From NCBI RefSeq assembly GCF_009914755.1, contig NC_060934.1: DNA of 64,000 nt, one strand, 5' to 3'. Position numbers and translations under genes: made by a program. Shown here one piece after another: positions 37,046 through 53,744 of the stretch. Source of the DNA: the human T2T-CHM13v2.0 reference genome, Homo sapiens. The notes under the pieces are model-generated. The model saw only the letters and a program-made list of their open reading frames with translations. It was not told the DNA's origin and did not search any database. Within the stretch, counting starts at the first letter, position 1, and every line of letters begins with the position of its first letter.

Positions 37046-37130
37046 AAGAAAGAAAGAAGGAGAGAGACAGAGAGAGAGAGAGAGAGAGAAAAAATATATA
37101 TATATATAGAGAGAGAGATATATATTTATC
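37046..37130. repeat. Compound (AG)n/(TA)n microsatellite upstream of ACBD7
   Basis: GAAAGAAAG...AGAGAGAG...ATATATAT...AGAGAG...ATATAT. Confidence 0.9.
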
Positions 37131-37332
37131 TAGAGAGACCCGCCCCAACTCTCTTAAAATACATATGTAATTTTTTCAATTTAAAAAAATTTATACATGT
37201 AAATATGTATTGGCCGGGCGCGGTGCCTCACGCCTGTAATCCCAACACTTTGGGAGGCTGAGGCCGGCAGATCACCTGAGGTCGGGAGTTCGAGACCAGC
37301 CTGACCAACATGGAGAAACCCTGTCTCTACTA

Positions 37333-37491
<159 letters not shown>

Positions 37492-39654
37492 TCAAAAAAA
37501 AAAAAGAATAAGTAAATATGTATTTAAAATTTTATAAATTAAAAATTTATATATATAAATTTTTTTCAGAGGTTGGGGTCTTCCTAGGTATATATATATT
37601 ATATATTTTTTCTCTAAAAATTATATATAAATTTATATATATTTAAAATGTTAAAAATTAAAAATTTTATAAATTAAAAGTGCAAATTAAAAAATATATA
37701 TATATGTGTTTTTTTTTTTTTTAAGAGAGGTGGTGGGGGGGGCGTCTCACTAGGTTGCCCAGGCTGGTCTCGAACTCCTGACCTCAAGCGATCCTCCCAC
37801 CTCGGCTTCCCGAAGCACAGGATTCCTTCTTTATACATACTTCTCTCATGTCCATTATTCCTAGAAACGTGGATGATGGATGTGTCTCCTCCACGCTGCC
37901 TCCAGGCGCTGTTTATCATGAGAGAAAGTGGCCTGTGGTTTGCACCTCTTCTCTTTATAAAGCAAAACCACCTAAATTCTGGACACATGCTATAATCAGC
38001 TTAACTCGTTTTTAATTATGGTAAAGGCACAGGACTAAACGCCTATTCAATTTGACTCAGTTTTCTAGGGGAACAAACCCAATGTCACTCCAAGTCTGCA
38101 GACACACCGAATAGGATTACATTTCCAAAGGACTGGAACCGAATTGGGTGGTCACATGAGAAGCTAATTTCCGACACTTCGCATAAATAGTAGCATTGGT
38201 GGAGAAGGGTGACTGGGAGAAAAAAGAAACTCAATGTCAGCAAAGTGACTGAGCTTCAACGTACAACAATGCAACAAGAAACCTTTCAGCTTGCTTTTGC
38301 ATAAAGCTACATTTTTAAAATATTTGCGTTTTCATGAAAATCTTTTTTTTTCTCCTCACAAATATTTTCCTGGTGAAATCAGTGCATTTCCAAGTGAAGG
38401 ACCAAAAGCAAAATGTTAGAAAAACCTACTGGGCAGTTGTTTGTGTTTGAAGTCCTAGATGATGGGAAAGGTCCCGTGGGGGTACTGAGGCTCATGGCAG
38501 CTTCAGCACAGCCAGGCCTTTCTCTGTTAGCCTAGTCCTGGCTGCGGGCAGAACCCGGTCTGTGGTGTTTCAGCAGGAAATACTGCACTGAGTTCAGGTA
38601 TCAGTCCATATCTTCAGCTGAGACATTCTGGAATTATCGTCACTGTAAGAATCCAGAAGAGGAGAGGGATGGACGCTACATTGTTCTCTGCTTTTTTCTC
38701 TAAATCCAGAATGTTCTTTTAAGACCTCTTTTGAAAGTATTTTCTTCTCCTGGGTTGCCATTCCCCATCTCATTGCCTAGCCATGTGTGTCTTGTCTTGA
38801 GATGCAAGAAGGGGCCAGGCGCGGTGGCTCACGCCTGTAATCCCAGCACTTTGGGAGGCCGAGGTGGGCAGATCACTTGAGGTCAGGAGTTCAAGACCAG
38901 CCTGGCCAACATGGCAAAAACCCTTCTTCTAAAAATACAAAAATTAGCTAGGCATGCTGGTGGGCACCTGTAATCCCAGCTACTTGAGAGGCTGAGGCAA
39001 GGAGAATTGCTTGAACCTGGGAGCCGGAGGCTGCAGTGCGCCAAGATCTTGCCACTGCACTCCAGCCTGGGCAACAGAGTGAGACTCTGTCTCAAAAATA
39101 AATAAGATAAAATAAAATAAAATAAAATAAAAACCATAGCATGAGTTTCAGAATAGGTTTTTCTTTTTCTATAAAAAAAATCCTTTGGGATTCTGATAGG
39201 GATTGCATTGAATCTTTAGTACTGTCACGATGAACATTTCTTAACCCTGGCAGTGCATTCAATTACCTGGGGAAAAAAAGATACAAACCCCAGTCTGATC
39301 CCTAATTCCCACCACCATTTTGATGTAATGGCTGTAGGGTTGGACCCAAGCCTCACGAATGGTGCATCCATGGTTTTGCTCTCTTCTCTGCAATGACAAT
39401 TTAGCTCTCCTTGGCTGAACAGTACATGTGGTCCTCCGGGATGGACCAGGTCCTGCTGACCTCTTCAACCACATCTCTCGCTATTTCCCACAGGCATGGA
39501 TGCTCTACCCCAGGTAACTGAAGGACTTCAAGTTCCCTTTCTCCACGTTGGTAGATAGTTGCCACTCCACTGTCTGGCACACCCTTTTCCTTCTTTTCTT
39601 TTTATTTTCTTTTCCTTTTCTTTTCCCTCCCTCCCTCTCTCTTTCTCTCTTTGA

Positions 39655-39999
<345 letters not shown>

Positions 40000-40324
40000 T
40001 AACAGCCAACTCCTCCTTCAAGACTTAGCCGACATGGCAACACCTCCAGGAAGACTTTGAGACAAGAAATAGCTTTAGCCTGGTCTTCTCGTCTATGAGC
40101 CTCTGGCCATCTCTCTCCGTCTTTCTTCTGTTCTCATTCTTACCTGCCTTCAAAGGGCTTCCGCTCCACTTGGCCTCCCGGCTGTTCTAACAGGCCTGTC
40201 GCACTGCTGCTCTCCCGTCTCTACCTCAGAATTATCTTCCCAGGGTCGGCCTGGCTCAGTGCTTCCACTCCTCTAGGTCTTTGCTCATCTGTCATCTCAG
40301 GAGGCCTTTTATCACCCATCCTAG

Positions 40325-40699
<375 letters not shown>

Positions 40700-41011
40700 T
40701 AAATCGTTTACTTTGTTTACCGTTTCTCCTCCTTTAGAACTCTGGCTCACCACTTTATCCCCAACACTTAAAATTCAATGAATATTGTACCTGTAGGAAA
40801 AGGCGGGGGGGGGGGGAAGAAAGGGAGGAGGGGGATAAAAAGGAAGGATTAAATGTCTTTCAAATTTCCCCGTTTTCATAAAACAGCACTGCTGAGACCC
40901 CTGACAACCTTGGACATCTCCACATAGCCACAGAGCCAAGGCCTGACTGCGGTCTACCCTGAGTCCTCGCCGAATGCCTGTGATTTCCCTGGGAGCAAGG
41001 CAAGGCTTCCC

Positions 41012-41595
<584 letters not shown>

Positions 41596-42088
41596 CTATC
41601 TTGTGGGAGAGTCTCACAAGGCTGTTTCTCATCCATGTCCCTAGTTTAGTTGAGACTAGGGCTTTCCATCTTCCCCTTCTTTCTCCGCACCCCCTACAAC
41701 CTGCTCCACTTTAGGATGGAGCCGCAGGCTTCTGTGTAAATCTGTAGAACTGCTTGCTGAAGTTTAGTTTGTTCCTCGACAGAGTGACCCACCACTCATA
41801 AGACCTGTCATCTGACCTCTGAGATTGGGAATGCTGTCCCATGGGATTAGAGATGCAGGGAGCTGACATCATGTTGGTCTTGATTTTGCTGTTTTGTGAG
41901 ACCTGCGAATTGCTCAACTGCTTGAAACTCCTCACCTTCACTTGTCTCTATGGACACAGATATTCTTTGGAGTACTATACCGTTCCAATTAGTAAAGCTT
42001 TCAGTATTCATTTTGCATCTCATCATTAAAGTTTATTCTTAGTAACTGATTTAAAATAATGAATTGTTTACATAACAACTACTGTTAC

Positions 42089-42091
<3 letters not shown>

Positions 42092-42140
<49 letters not shown>
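42092..42140. repeat. (CA)n microsatellite
   Basis: About 24 CA units with one interruption. Confidence 0.95.
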
Positions 42141-42267
42141 GCTAAGGTCAGAATACCATGGAGGAAAAGAAGAATCTGGTGGTCAATTCCCTTACATTCT
42201 TCTATTGACAAATTTTCTTGTTGGGACCTTCACTTATTTCATCAAAGGATTGTGGCTAATGATCTAA

Positions 42268-42471
<204 letters not shown>

Positions 42472-43359
42472 TAGAGACGGGGTTTCGTCATGTTGCCTAG
42501 GCTGGTCTTGAACTCCCGGGCTCAAGCAATCCTCCTGCCTCAGCCTCCCAAAGTGCTGGGATTACAGGTGTGAGCCACCACAGCCGGCCATCACTCAGAA
42601 TCTTAAGTCATTGTCAAATAATGGAAAGCATACAAATCAAACAGTAGTCCAATTCTAGAATTAATATAAAAAGAAAGCTCTAATATACAAAGACCAAACA
42701 GATTTTACAGGATAAAACAACTGTCATTAAAAAGTAAAACTGGCAGGTGTGGTGGTGCACATCTGTAATCCCAGCACTCTGGGAGGCCAAGGTAGGAGCA
42801 TTACTTGAGCCCAGGAGTTTGAGACCAGCCTGAGCAACATGGCAAGACCCCGTCTCTACAAAAAGTACAAAAATTAGCCAGGCATGGTGGCATGCTCCTG
42901 TAGTCCCAGCTACTCAGGAGGCTGAGGTGGGAGGATCACTTGAGCTTGGGAGGAGGTTGCAGTGAGCTGAGATGGTGCCACTGCACTTTAGCCTGGGCAA
43001 CAGAGCAAGACCCTGTCTCCAAAAAAAAAAAACCGTTTCTTCAGAATAGGATATCAAATATGTAAAGTAATAATTTGAGAAACATGAAAAAGCGTTATGT
43101 GTAAAGAAAATCAGAAGACTTAATCTGTATTAGTTTAATGTAAAAGCATGCACATATGTGAAACAAAGTAGAAGGGAACACTAAAGAAAAAAATGGGTGT
43201 GATTGGGTCATGGGAGAATGTTTTTTACTTTTTGGTTGTAATGTTTGTGTGATACAAGAGGGACAGAAATTACTTTCGAAATGTACTTGTTAATTTTAGC
43301 AAAATCCTCGTGGAAATTATACTGCTAGTTTTAAAATAAAACACAAGCACTAAAATAAT

Positions 43360-45300
<1,941 letters not shown>

Positions 45301-46185
45301 CTCTGCGCACGCGCGGCGCAGGCGCACTGGGCGCCGGTGCTGTTGCCTTCAGGTGACCACGGATTCGCCATCGTGAGTTCCAGGTGGGCGCGCGGGGCCC
45401 ACGTAGGGCAGGAGGCCAGCCCCGGGGGGATCGGGCCCGGGACTCTGCGGAATCTGGAGGCCGAAGCCCGCGCGCACGCAGGGTCTCTGCTGCTTCCCCA
45501 ACGCCTGTTGCGTGGCCGCAGGACCCGCCGCCCTCCCGGTTGGGCCGCCCAGTCCCGGGCCGGGCGCGTGCACCCAGAGCTTCCGCGTTTCTAGTCCGGC
45601 TCCTCTGCTGGATTGCAGCGCCGGCTGGGCACCAGGAGTACAAAGCGAAAACCCCCGCCGGCCCTTCTGTTCTCCACGGTCTCCAAGGAGACACGGACAA
45701 CAGAACAACACTTCCGTGTGCTAAATAGTAAAGCACCAAGGTACTCGATCCAGGGGCGGCGTGCAGTGGGGAGGTGAGCTTTGGGTCGGCCGTCGCCCCT
45801 CGGCTACCGGCGGGATCCAGAAACCGGGAGTCACCACCAATACCGTTCTCAACTTTACTTCCAGCTGGTCACTACTGTGTCGGGAGATTCTACCTTCTTT
45901 TCCGACTAACATGTATTTTTCTCCAGTCCTTTCTGCGGCGTCTCTAGTGCAGGCCACCGTCATTTCTAACCTGGACGACTCCAGGAGCGTCTTTGCTGCT
46001 CGGGGACTCTTCCTTTGCCCAGATCCACAAAGATCTATAACGTCTTTCTAATCACGACACCTCTGCTTTAGATGTTAAAGTTGCTTCACACTGGAACGCT
46101 TGCAAAGGTCTTCATTATCTGGTCCTTACCCACCTTTCCTAGTTTCTCACCGCTTTCTCTAGCATCTCTGCCCCAGCCACATTGA

Positions 46186-46547
<362 letters not shown>

Positions 46548-46642
46548 TAGGCATTGTTTAGATGTAGGTTAAGAGGTCCGGCCCGGCGCGGTGGCTCACG
46601 CCTGTAGTCCCAGCACTTTGGGAGGCCGAGGCGGGCGGATCA

Positions 46643-46918
<276 letters not shown>

Positions 46919-48612
46919 CTAAGCTAGGCCTCTGCTGGATGTTCCCTAAGCATACTGTTCCCTGACCTTCATGTGCATCAGGCTTTATTGTATAATTACT
47001 TGCTAATATTTTTTCCTCGTGGACTCTAAGCTCATGAGGTCTGTGAGAAAAAATACTTAATCTTTATGGCCTGGCACATCGTGGATAATCGATAAATATT
47101 TGTTGAAGAAAGGAAGGGGCCTGCGGCTGAGGGTGGGAGTGGTATTCCAGGCAGAGGGACTAATGTGTATAAAGACTTGCAGGTGGGAAAATGCTGGCCT
47201 CATTAAATAGTATGTTGTTCGGTGTTGAGGACTTGTGCTTGGTGGGGCCTAAGGAGAAAGAGGGCCTAAGTGGGAGATTGAGCTGGAGTGTGGAGGGCCT
47301 TTTATGTCACATTAGAGTTTAGGCGGGGCATGGTAGCTCATGCCCTCAATCCCAGTACTTTTGGGGAGGCCGAGGCTACGGGATTGCCTGAGCCTAGGAG
47401 TTGAAGACCAGCCCAGGCAACAAAGCAAGACCTTGTCTCTATAGAATTTCTTTTTTTTTTTTTTTTAAGACGGAGTCTTACTCCATTGCCCAGGCTGGAG
47501 CACAGTGGTGCAATTACGGCTCATTGCAGCCTCCGCCTTCTGGGTTCAAGCAATTCCCCTACCTCAGCCACCCACCTAAGTAGCTGGGATTACAGGTGTG
47601 CACCAGCACTCCTGGCTAATTTTTGTATTTTTAGTAGAGACTGGGTTTCACCATATTTGCCAGGCTGGTCTCGAACTCCTGACCTCAAGTGATCTGTCCA
47701 GCTTGTCCTCCCAAAGTGCTGGGATTACAGGTGTGAGCCACCGTGCCCAGCCTATACAGAAAATTTAAAAATTAAAAAAATTTTCTGGGCTTGGTGGTAT
47801 GCGCCTATAATCCCAGCTATTCAGCATGAGGCTGAGGTGGGAGGATTGCTTGAACCCAGAAGTTCAAGGCTGCAGTGAGCCATGATCGAACGACTGCACT
47901 ACTGCCAGGTGACAGGGCAAGACTGTCTAGTAAAAAGAGTTTGCCCTTGATCTACAGGCAGCAGAGGCCTCTTGAGACAGCTCTAAAGGGCCCTCAGCAA
48001 AGCCTATTTTTCTCTCTTTCTCTAAAGCTATAAAATCTTATCAGTCAGTACTTTGTTTCTGGATTATATTGTGTGAGATTATGCTTATCCAGACTACTTG
48101 GCTCTCTTTATCGCCCCAGCAGATTCTGCAGGTGGGACAAGTTTATAGCCTGTTTTGTGATCCCTCTGGAGCATGATTTTAAGTATTTATTCTGTGGTGT
48201 TTGGATGTGGAGACATCATCTGACTTGCAGTTGGCAAGAGCTCTGCCCCATCCTATTTGTTTCACCCCCTGTCACTTATTTCCCTCTTCCTGACCACTTT
48301 GAACCTGATGCCAGCCCCTCACAGTCACTGCATTGCATCTGGATGAGCCACTTTTCTTCCTGATTTCCTGAGCTCTAGGGGAGCATAGAGATAATGGGGT
48401 CAGGGGACACAGTGTGGCCACCGTGAAGGAAGCAGCTTAGGCCCCAGAAGTCTCCAGGATTGCTGTACCGAGATGACCAGGGTGTGATCTCTCACCCTAA
48501 GGAGCTGAATTTGGCTTTTCTGTGGGAAAGTGTCTGGGAAGAATATCAGAGACCAATAGCGCTCAGGGGGCCCTTTCTCGGGGCTGTCCAGTGTGGAAAC
48601 ACCCTGTCCTAC

Positions 48613-49085
48613 ACCAGTGGTTCCTGATTCCGGCTCTGAATCAGATTCACGAGGGCAACTTTTTTTTTTTTTTTGATATGGAGTCTTGCTGTCGCCCAGG
48701 CTAGAATGCAGTGGCGCGATCTTGACTCACTACAACCTCCGTCTCCTGGATTCAAGAGATTCTCCTGCCTCAGCCTCCAAGTAGCTGGGATTACAGGCAG
48801 GCACCACCATGCCTGGCTAATTTTTTTGTATTTTTTAGTAGAGACGGGATTTCGCCATATTGGCCAGGCTGGTCTCGAACTCCTGACCTTATGATCCGCC
48901 CGCCTTGGGCTCCCAATGTGCTTTGGTTACTGGCGTGAGCCACTGCACCCGGCCTGGGGCAGCTTTTTATAAGCACAGATGCCCAGGCCTTATTATTGAA
49001 GATTCCAATTCAGTAGATCTGGGTTGAGGACCAAGCATCTGCATGTTTTAAGAAGCCACAGGTTATTTTTGAGGTGTAGCAAGGA
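48613..49085. mobile_element. MER5A-like hAT MITE interrupted by an antisense Alu (~48660-48954)
   Basis: CCAGTGGTTCC...GAATCA before the Alu; CAGATGCCCAGGCC...GATTCCAATTCAGTAGATCTGGG...ATCTGCATGTTTTAAGAAGC after it. Confidence 0.65.
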
Positions 49086-49554
49086 TTGAAAGAACAGAAA
49101 ACTTGGATTTGGAAAACTAGTTGTGACTTTAGGCAGTGAGTCAGTTTCCTAATGCACACATTGGGGGATTCTATAGGAATGCTGTAAGAAGCAAATAATA
49201 CATGGAGAGAGTGCTTTATACAGCGATACACTGCACAGACACACTTGCCTTCAACATCAGCTGCCAGCCTAGTAAGTGGTAGTATAAATGCAAAGGATAT
49301 AACTTCCTTTAGTTTTGCCAGGTGGGTCCCTGTGATTCTAGCTGAGCCCCAGGAAGGAAGGGAAGAAAACTGAGGGAAGAGAAGGGAGTGTGTAGTTGCC
49401 TCTGGGAAGGATAAAAGGATATGCCCTCTGGACCAATAGTTTATAACATTTTCCCCATTAAGCATCCTTCTACTCATTTTTCCTCAATGGATTAGTATCT
49501 TTAAATTTCATTACATTTCCCTAGTCTTCATGGAATTGCCAGCCAGAGAAGTCA

Positions 49555-49862
<308 letters not shown>

Positions 49863-50191
49863 TCAAAAAACAAAAAAAAGGGAGTGTATGCCTGCATATG
49901 TATCAAATGCTGTAGGAAGGATATTCAAGAAATTTAGGGCCCTGGGAGGTGGGGAGACTTACAAAAGTGGACGTGACAGTGTTATTTGAAGTTTTAATCA
50001 TGAGATGACTGTTCAGTTCTTTAAAATATCACACCTGATTGGTTGTGAATGGCAGAGGCCACCAGAGTATTTGCAGATTGGGAGCTCTACGTGGGTGGAC
50101 ATCGGGTCTTGCTTACTGTGAGCCCCAGGACCTAGAACACCACTTGCATACTGGAGGTGCTCAGATCATTTTTTTTTTTTTTTTTTTGCAG

Positions 50192-50310
50192 ACAGGGTCA
50201 GATGTGTTACTGGGCTGGAGTGTGGTGGCACAATCACGCTCACTGCATCCTTGACCTCCTGGGCTCAAGTGATCTTCCCACCTCAGCCTCCCAAGTAGCT
50301 GGGACTACAG
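50192..50310 (+). other. RPP38: RPP38 5'UTR cassette exon from an antisense AluJ (119 nt)
   Basis: T19-GCAG|ACAGG acceptor (poly-T from the Alu tail) and ACTACAG|GTACGC donor, at typical Alu right-arm exonisation positions. Consistent with my recollection of an RPP38 5'UTR exon of this size. Confidence 0.7.
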
Positions 50311-50872
50311 GTACGCCTCACACTTAGCTAATTTATGTATTTTTTGTAGAGGGTTTCTCCATTTGCTCAGAGTGGTCTCGAACTCATGGGCTGAAGTGAT
50401 CTGTCCACCACAGCCTCCCGAAATTCTGAGACTGAAGGCATGAGCCAGTGTGCCAGGCCTAGAATATTTGTTGAGTGAATGCATGGAAGCCCAACTAGAT
50501 AGCATTTTGGAAAACAGTAACAAGTTAGAAGATTAATACCATACAGTCACTAGAAGGTTAATTATGAACAAGTAGAAACAGAATATTTTTAATAAATGAA
50601 ATAGACAAATGGAATTGTACTATGATTGCAATAATTAAAACTTTCACATATTGCTTGTATAGGAATAAAGACAAAGTCATATAAAAAAATGGGGAAAATT
50701 AAACACTACTCACCCATAGTCCTGAGTATTTTAAAGAGCCTTCGTAGAGCATTCAAAATCGGGTAAGAAAAATGGGGAAAAATAAAATTACTTAATCTTT
50801 AAAAGGAAGACAAGCGTATGCTCACCTAATTGGACTTATATAATCAGGCTTGCTCTAGCTTATCCAGAATCA

Positions 50873-51207
<335 letters not shown>

Positions 51208-51288
51208 TCAAGATATTCTTAAGTCATGCAGTTGTCGCTAACATGAATTTTTTCTGTTGTCATTTTGCTTCTTGGAAGGATTTTCAAA

Positions 51289-52140
51289 ATGGCTGCAGCT
51301 CCTCAAGCACCGGGGCGGGGATCTCTCCGTAAGACGAGACCTCTGGTTGTGAAGACGTCGTTGAACAACCCATACATCATCCGCTGGAGCGCTCTGGAGA
51401 GCGAGGATATGCACTTCATCCTACAGACGCTTGAGGACAGGCTTAAAGCTATTGGACTTCAGAAGATTGAAGATAAGAAGAAAAAGAACAAAACACCTTT
51501 TCTGAAAAAAGAAAGCAGAGAGAAATGCAGCATTGCTGTTGATATTAGTGAGAATCTGAAGGAGAAGAAAACAGATGCTAAGCAGCAAGTGTCAGGGTGG
51601 ACGCCTGCACACGTCAGGAAGCAGCTTGCCATTGGCGTTAACGAAGTTACCAGAGCCCTGGAAAGGAGGGAACTGCTGTTAGTTCTGGTGTGTAAATCAG
51701 TCAAGCCTGCCATGATCACCTCACACTTGATTCAGTTAAGCCTAAGCAGAAGTGTCCCTGCCTGTCAGGTCCCCCGGCTCAGTGAGAGAATCGCCCCCGT
51801 CATTGGCTTAAAATGTGTTCTAGCCTTGGCGTTCAAAAAGAACACCACTGACTTTGTGGACGAAGTAAGAGCCATCATCCCCAGAGTCCCCAGTTTAAGT
51901 GTACCATGGCTTCAAGACAGAATTGAAGATTCTGGGGAAAATTTAGAGACTGAACCTCTGGAAAGCCAAGACAGAGAGCTTTTGGACACTTCATTTGAAG
52001 ATCTGTCAAAACCTAAGAGAAAGCTTGCTGACGGTCGGCAGGCTTCTGTAACATTACAACCCCTTAAAATAAAGAAACTGATTCCAAACCCTAATAAGAT
52101 AAGGAAACCACCCAAAAGTAAAAAAGCTACTCCAAAGTAA
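51289..52140 (+). CDS. RPP38: Ribonuclease P/MRP protein subunit p38 (283 aa, single coding exon)
   Basis: Acceptor TTGGAAG|G at 51278/51279 and AAAATGG start. MAAAPQAPGRGSLRK...KKATPK then TAA; L7Ae-type region (KQLAIGVNEVTRALERRELLLVLVCKSVKP) and a basic C-terminus. Confidence 0.98.
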   Translation: MAAAPQAPGRGSLRKTRPLVVKTSLNNPYIIRWSALESEDMHFILQTLEDRLKAIGLQKIEDKKKKNKTPFLKKESREKCSIAVDISENLKEKKTDAKQQVSGWTPAHVRKQLAIGVNEVTRALERRELLLVLVCKSVKPAMITSHLIQLSLSRSVPACQVPRLSERIAPVIGLKCVLALAFKKNTTDFVDEVRAIIPRVPSLSVPWLQDRIEDSGENLETEPLESQDRELLDTSFEDLSKPKRKLADGRQASVTLQPLKIKKLIPNPNKIRKPPKSKKATPK

Positions 52141-52205
52141 TCTTGCATAAACTTGTCATGTCATACAGTTTGTGAAAGGACACCTTGTAAAGAAGCCTTG
52201 AAACT

Positions 52206-52211
52206 AATAAA
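52206..52211 (+). terminator. RPP38: RPP38 polyadenylation signal
   Basis: AATAAA 65 nt after the stop, with downstream GT/T-rich sequence. Confidence 0.8.
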
Positions 52212-52371
52212 ATGAGTTATACTTACATAGATTCATAGGGTCCTGTTTGGTAATATTCAAATGTGTAAGACTCTTTGTAACTATGGCACAGATATACTAA
52301 GTGCAGGAAATATTCAAAATTAGGAATAGCCAAACAGACATTTATTGAAACTAGTGTTCATGCGTGTGTAA

Positions 52372-52804
<433 letters not shown>

Positions 52805-53744
52805 TGAGTAGCTGGGATTGCAGGTGCCCACCACCACACCCAGCTCATTTTTTTGTATTTTTAGTAGAGATGGGGTTTCACCATGTTGGTCAGGCTGGTC
52901 TCGAACTGACCTCGTGATCCACCTGCCTTGTCCTCCCAAAGTGCTGAGATGACAGACGTGAGCAGCCGCGTCCAGCCTAAATTGACTTTTTCAAAGGCTG
53001 GTAGAGTGCCTGTGAGCAAGAATATCTGTGTCATACAACGCTTAGCATTTTCCTATCAAACCTGGAAAATGTACCACAGTAAATGTTCTAGTCAGTCAGG
53101 TAGATGGAACTGAATTGGGGAAGCATTATCAGTTTTAAAGGAAAGATCCCAAATGCCAAGCAATCCATTGTCTTCAGAAGCAACACATCATTTTTCACTT
53201 CATGTCAATTTGACTTTTAGGAAGGAATAGACATGAGCTTGGGAGAAAGACTTAATATTTAGAGAAAAAATATCAAAAATATAGAAAAAGTCAGATAAGG
53301 TTATTTTGACTGGGTACAGTTCACCCCCATTACGTGATTCACTTACCTCCTTGGAAATCTAACGTATAAAAGGTATGATGGTAATTGGATGAAATGTGGC
53401 CAAAAGATTAAAAAAACTGAGGAGCTTGGGTTCTCAGAGGTGGGTGTGTGACAAGAGTCCTTCAGGTTAGGAGATGGAGCATAACCGATGCTCTGTTAGA
53501 GTGTCTGCTGTTTACAGTGTGTATGGAAAAGTTACTTTCTGTAATTTAGAAGGAAGGTATTTACTAAAGATTTTTCCAGCTGAAAGTCTGGCTGACTCAT
53601 GGATTATGCCATCTCTCGATTTAAATTTTACTTAGTGCCATCTTGGCCAAAAAGAAGAAAAAAAGATACCTTATTGAATAGAACATTTTCATTATAGACA
53701 AAGTACAGTACAATGCAGTTTTAAATCTACAAGAAACTATCCAT

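Noticed and set aside
37515-37705. AT-rich quasi-palindromic stretch (possible cruciform)
   Set aside because: Low-complexity A/T sequence between Alu tails; self-complementarity is expected from composition.
41711-41941. 76-aa minus-strand ORF in non-repetitive-looking DNA
   Set aside because: Non-ATG start, no recognisable homology, no convincing splice context.
51265-51288. ORF-track N-terminal extension MLLGRIFK of RPP38
   Set aside because: Starts at an intronic TTG upstream of the splice acceptor at 51278; the true start is ATG 51289.
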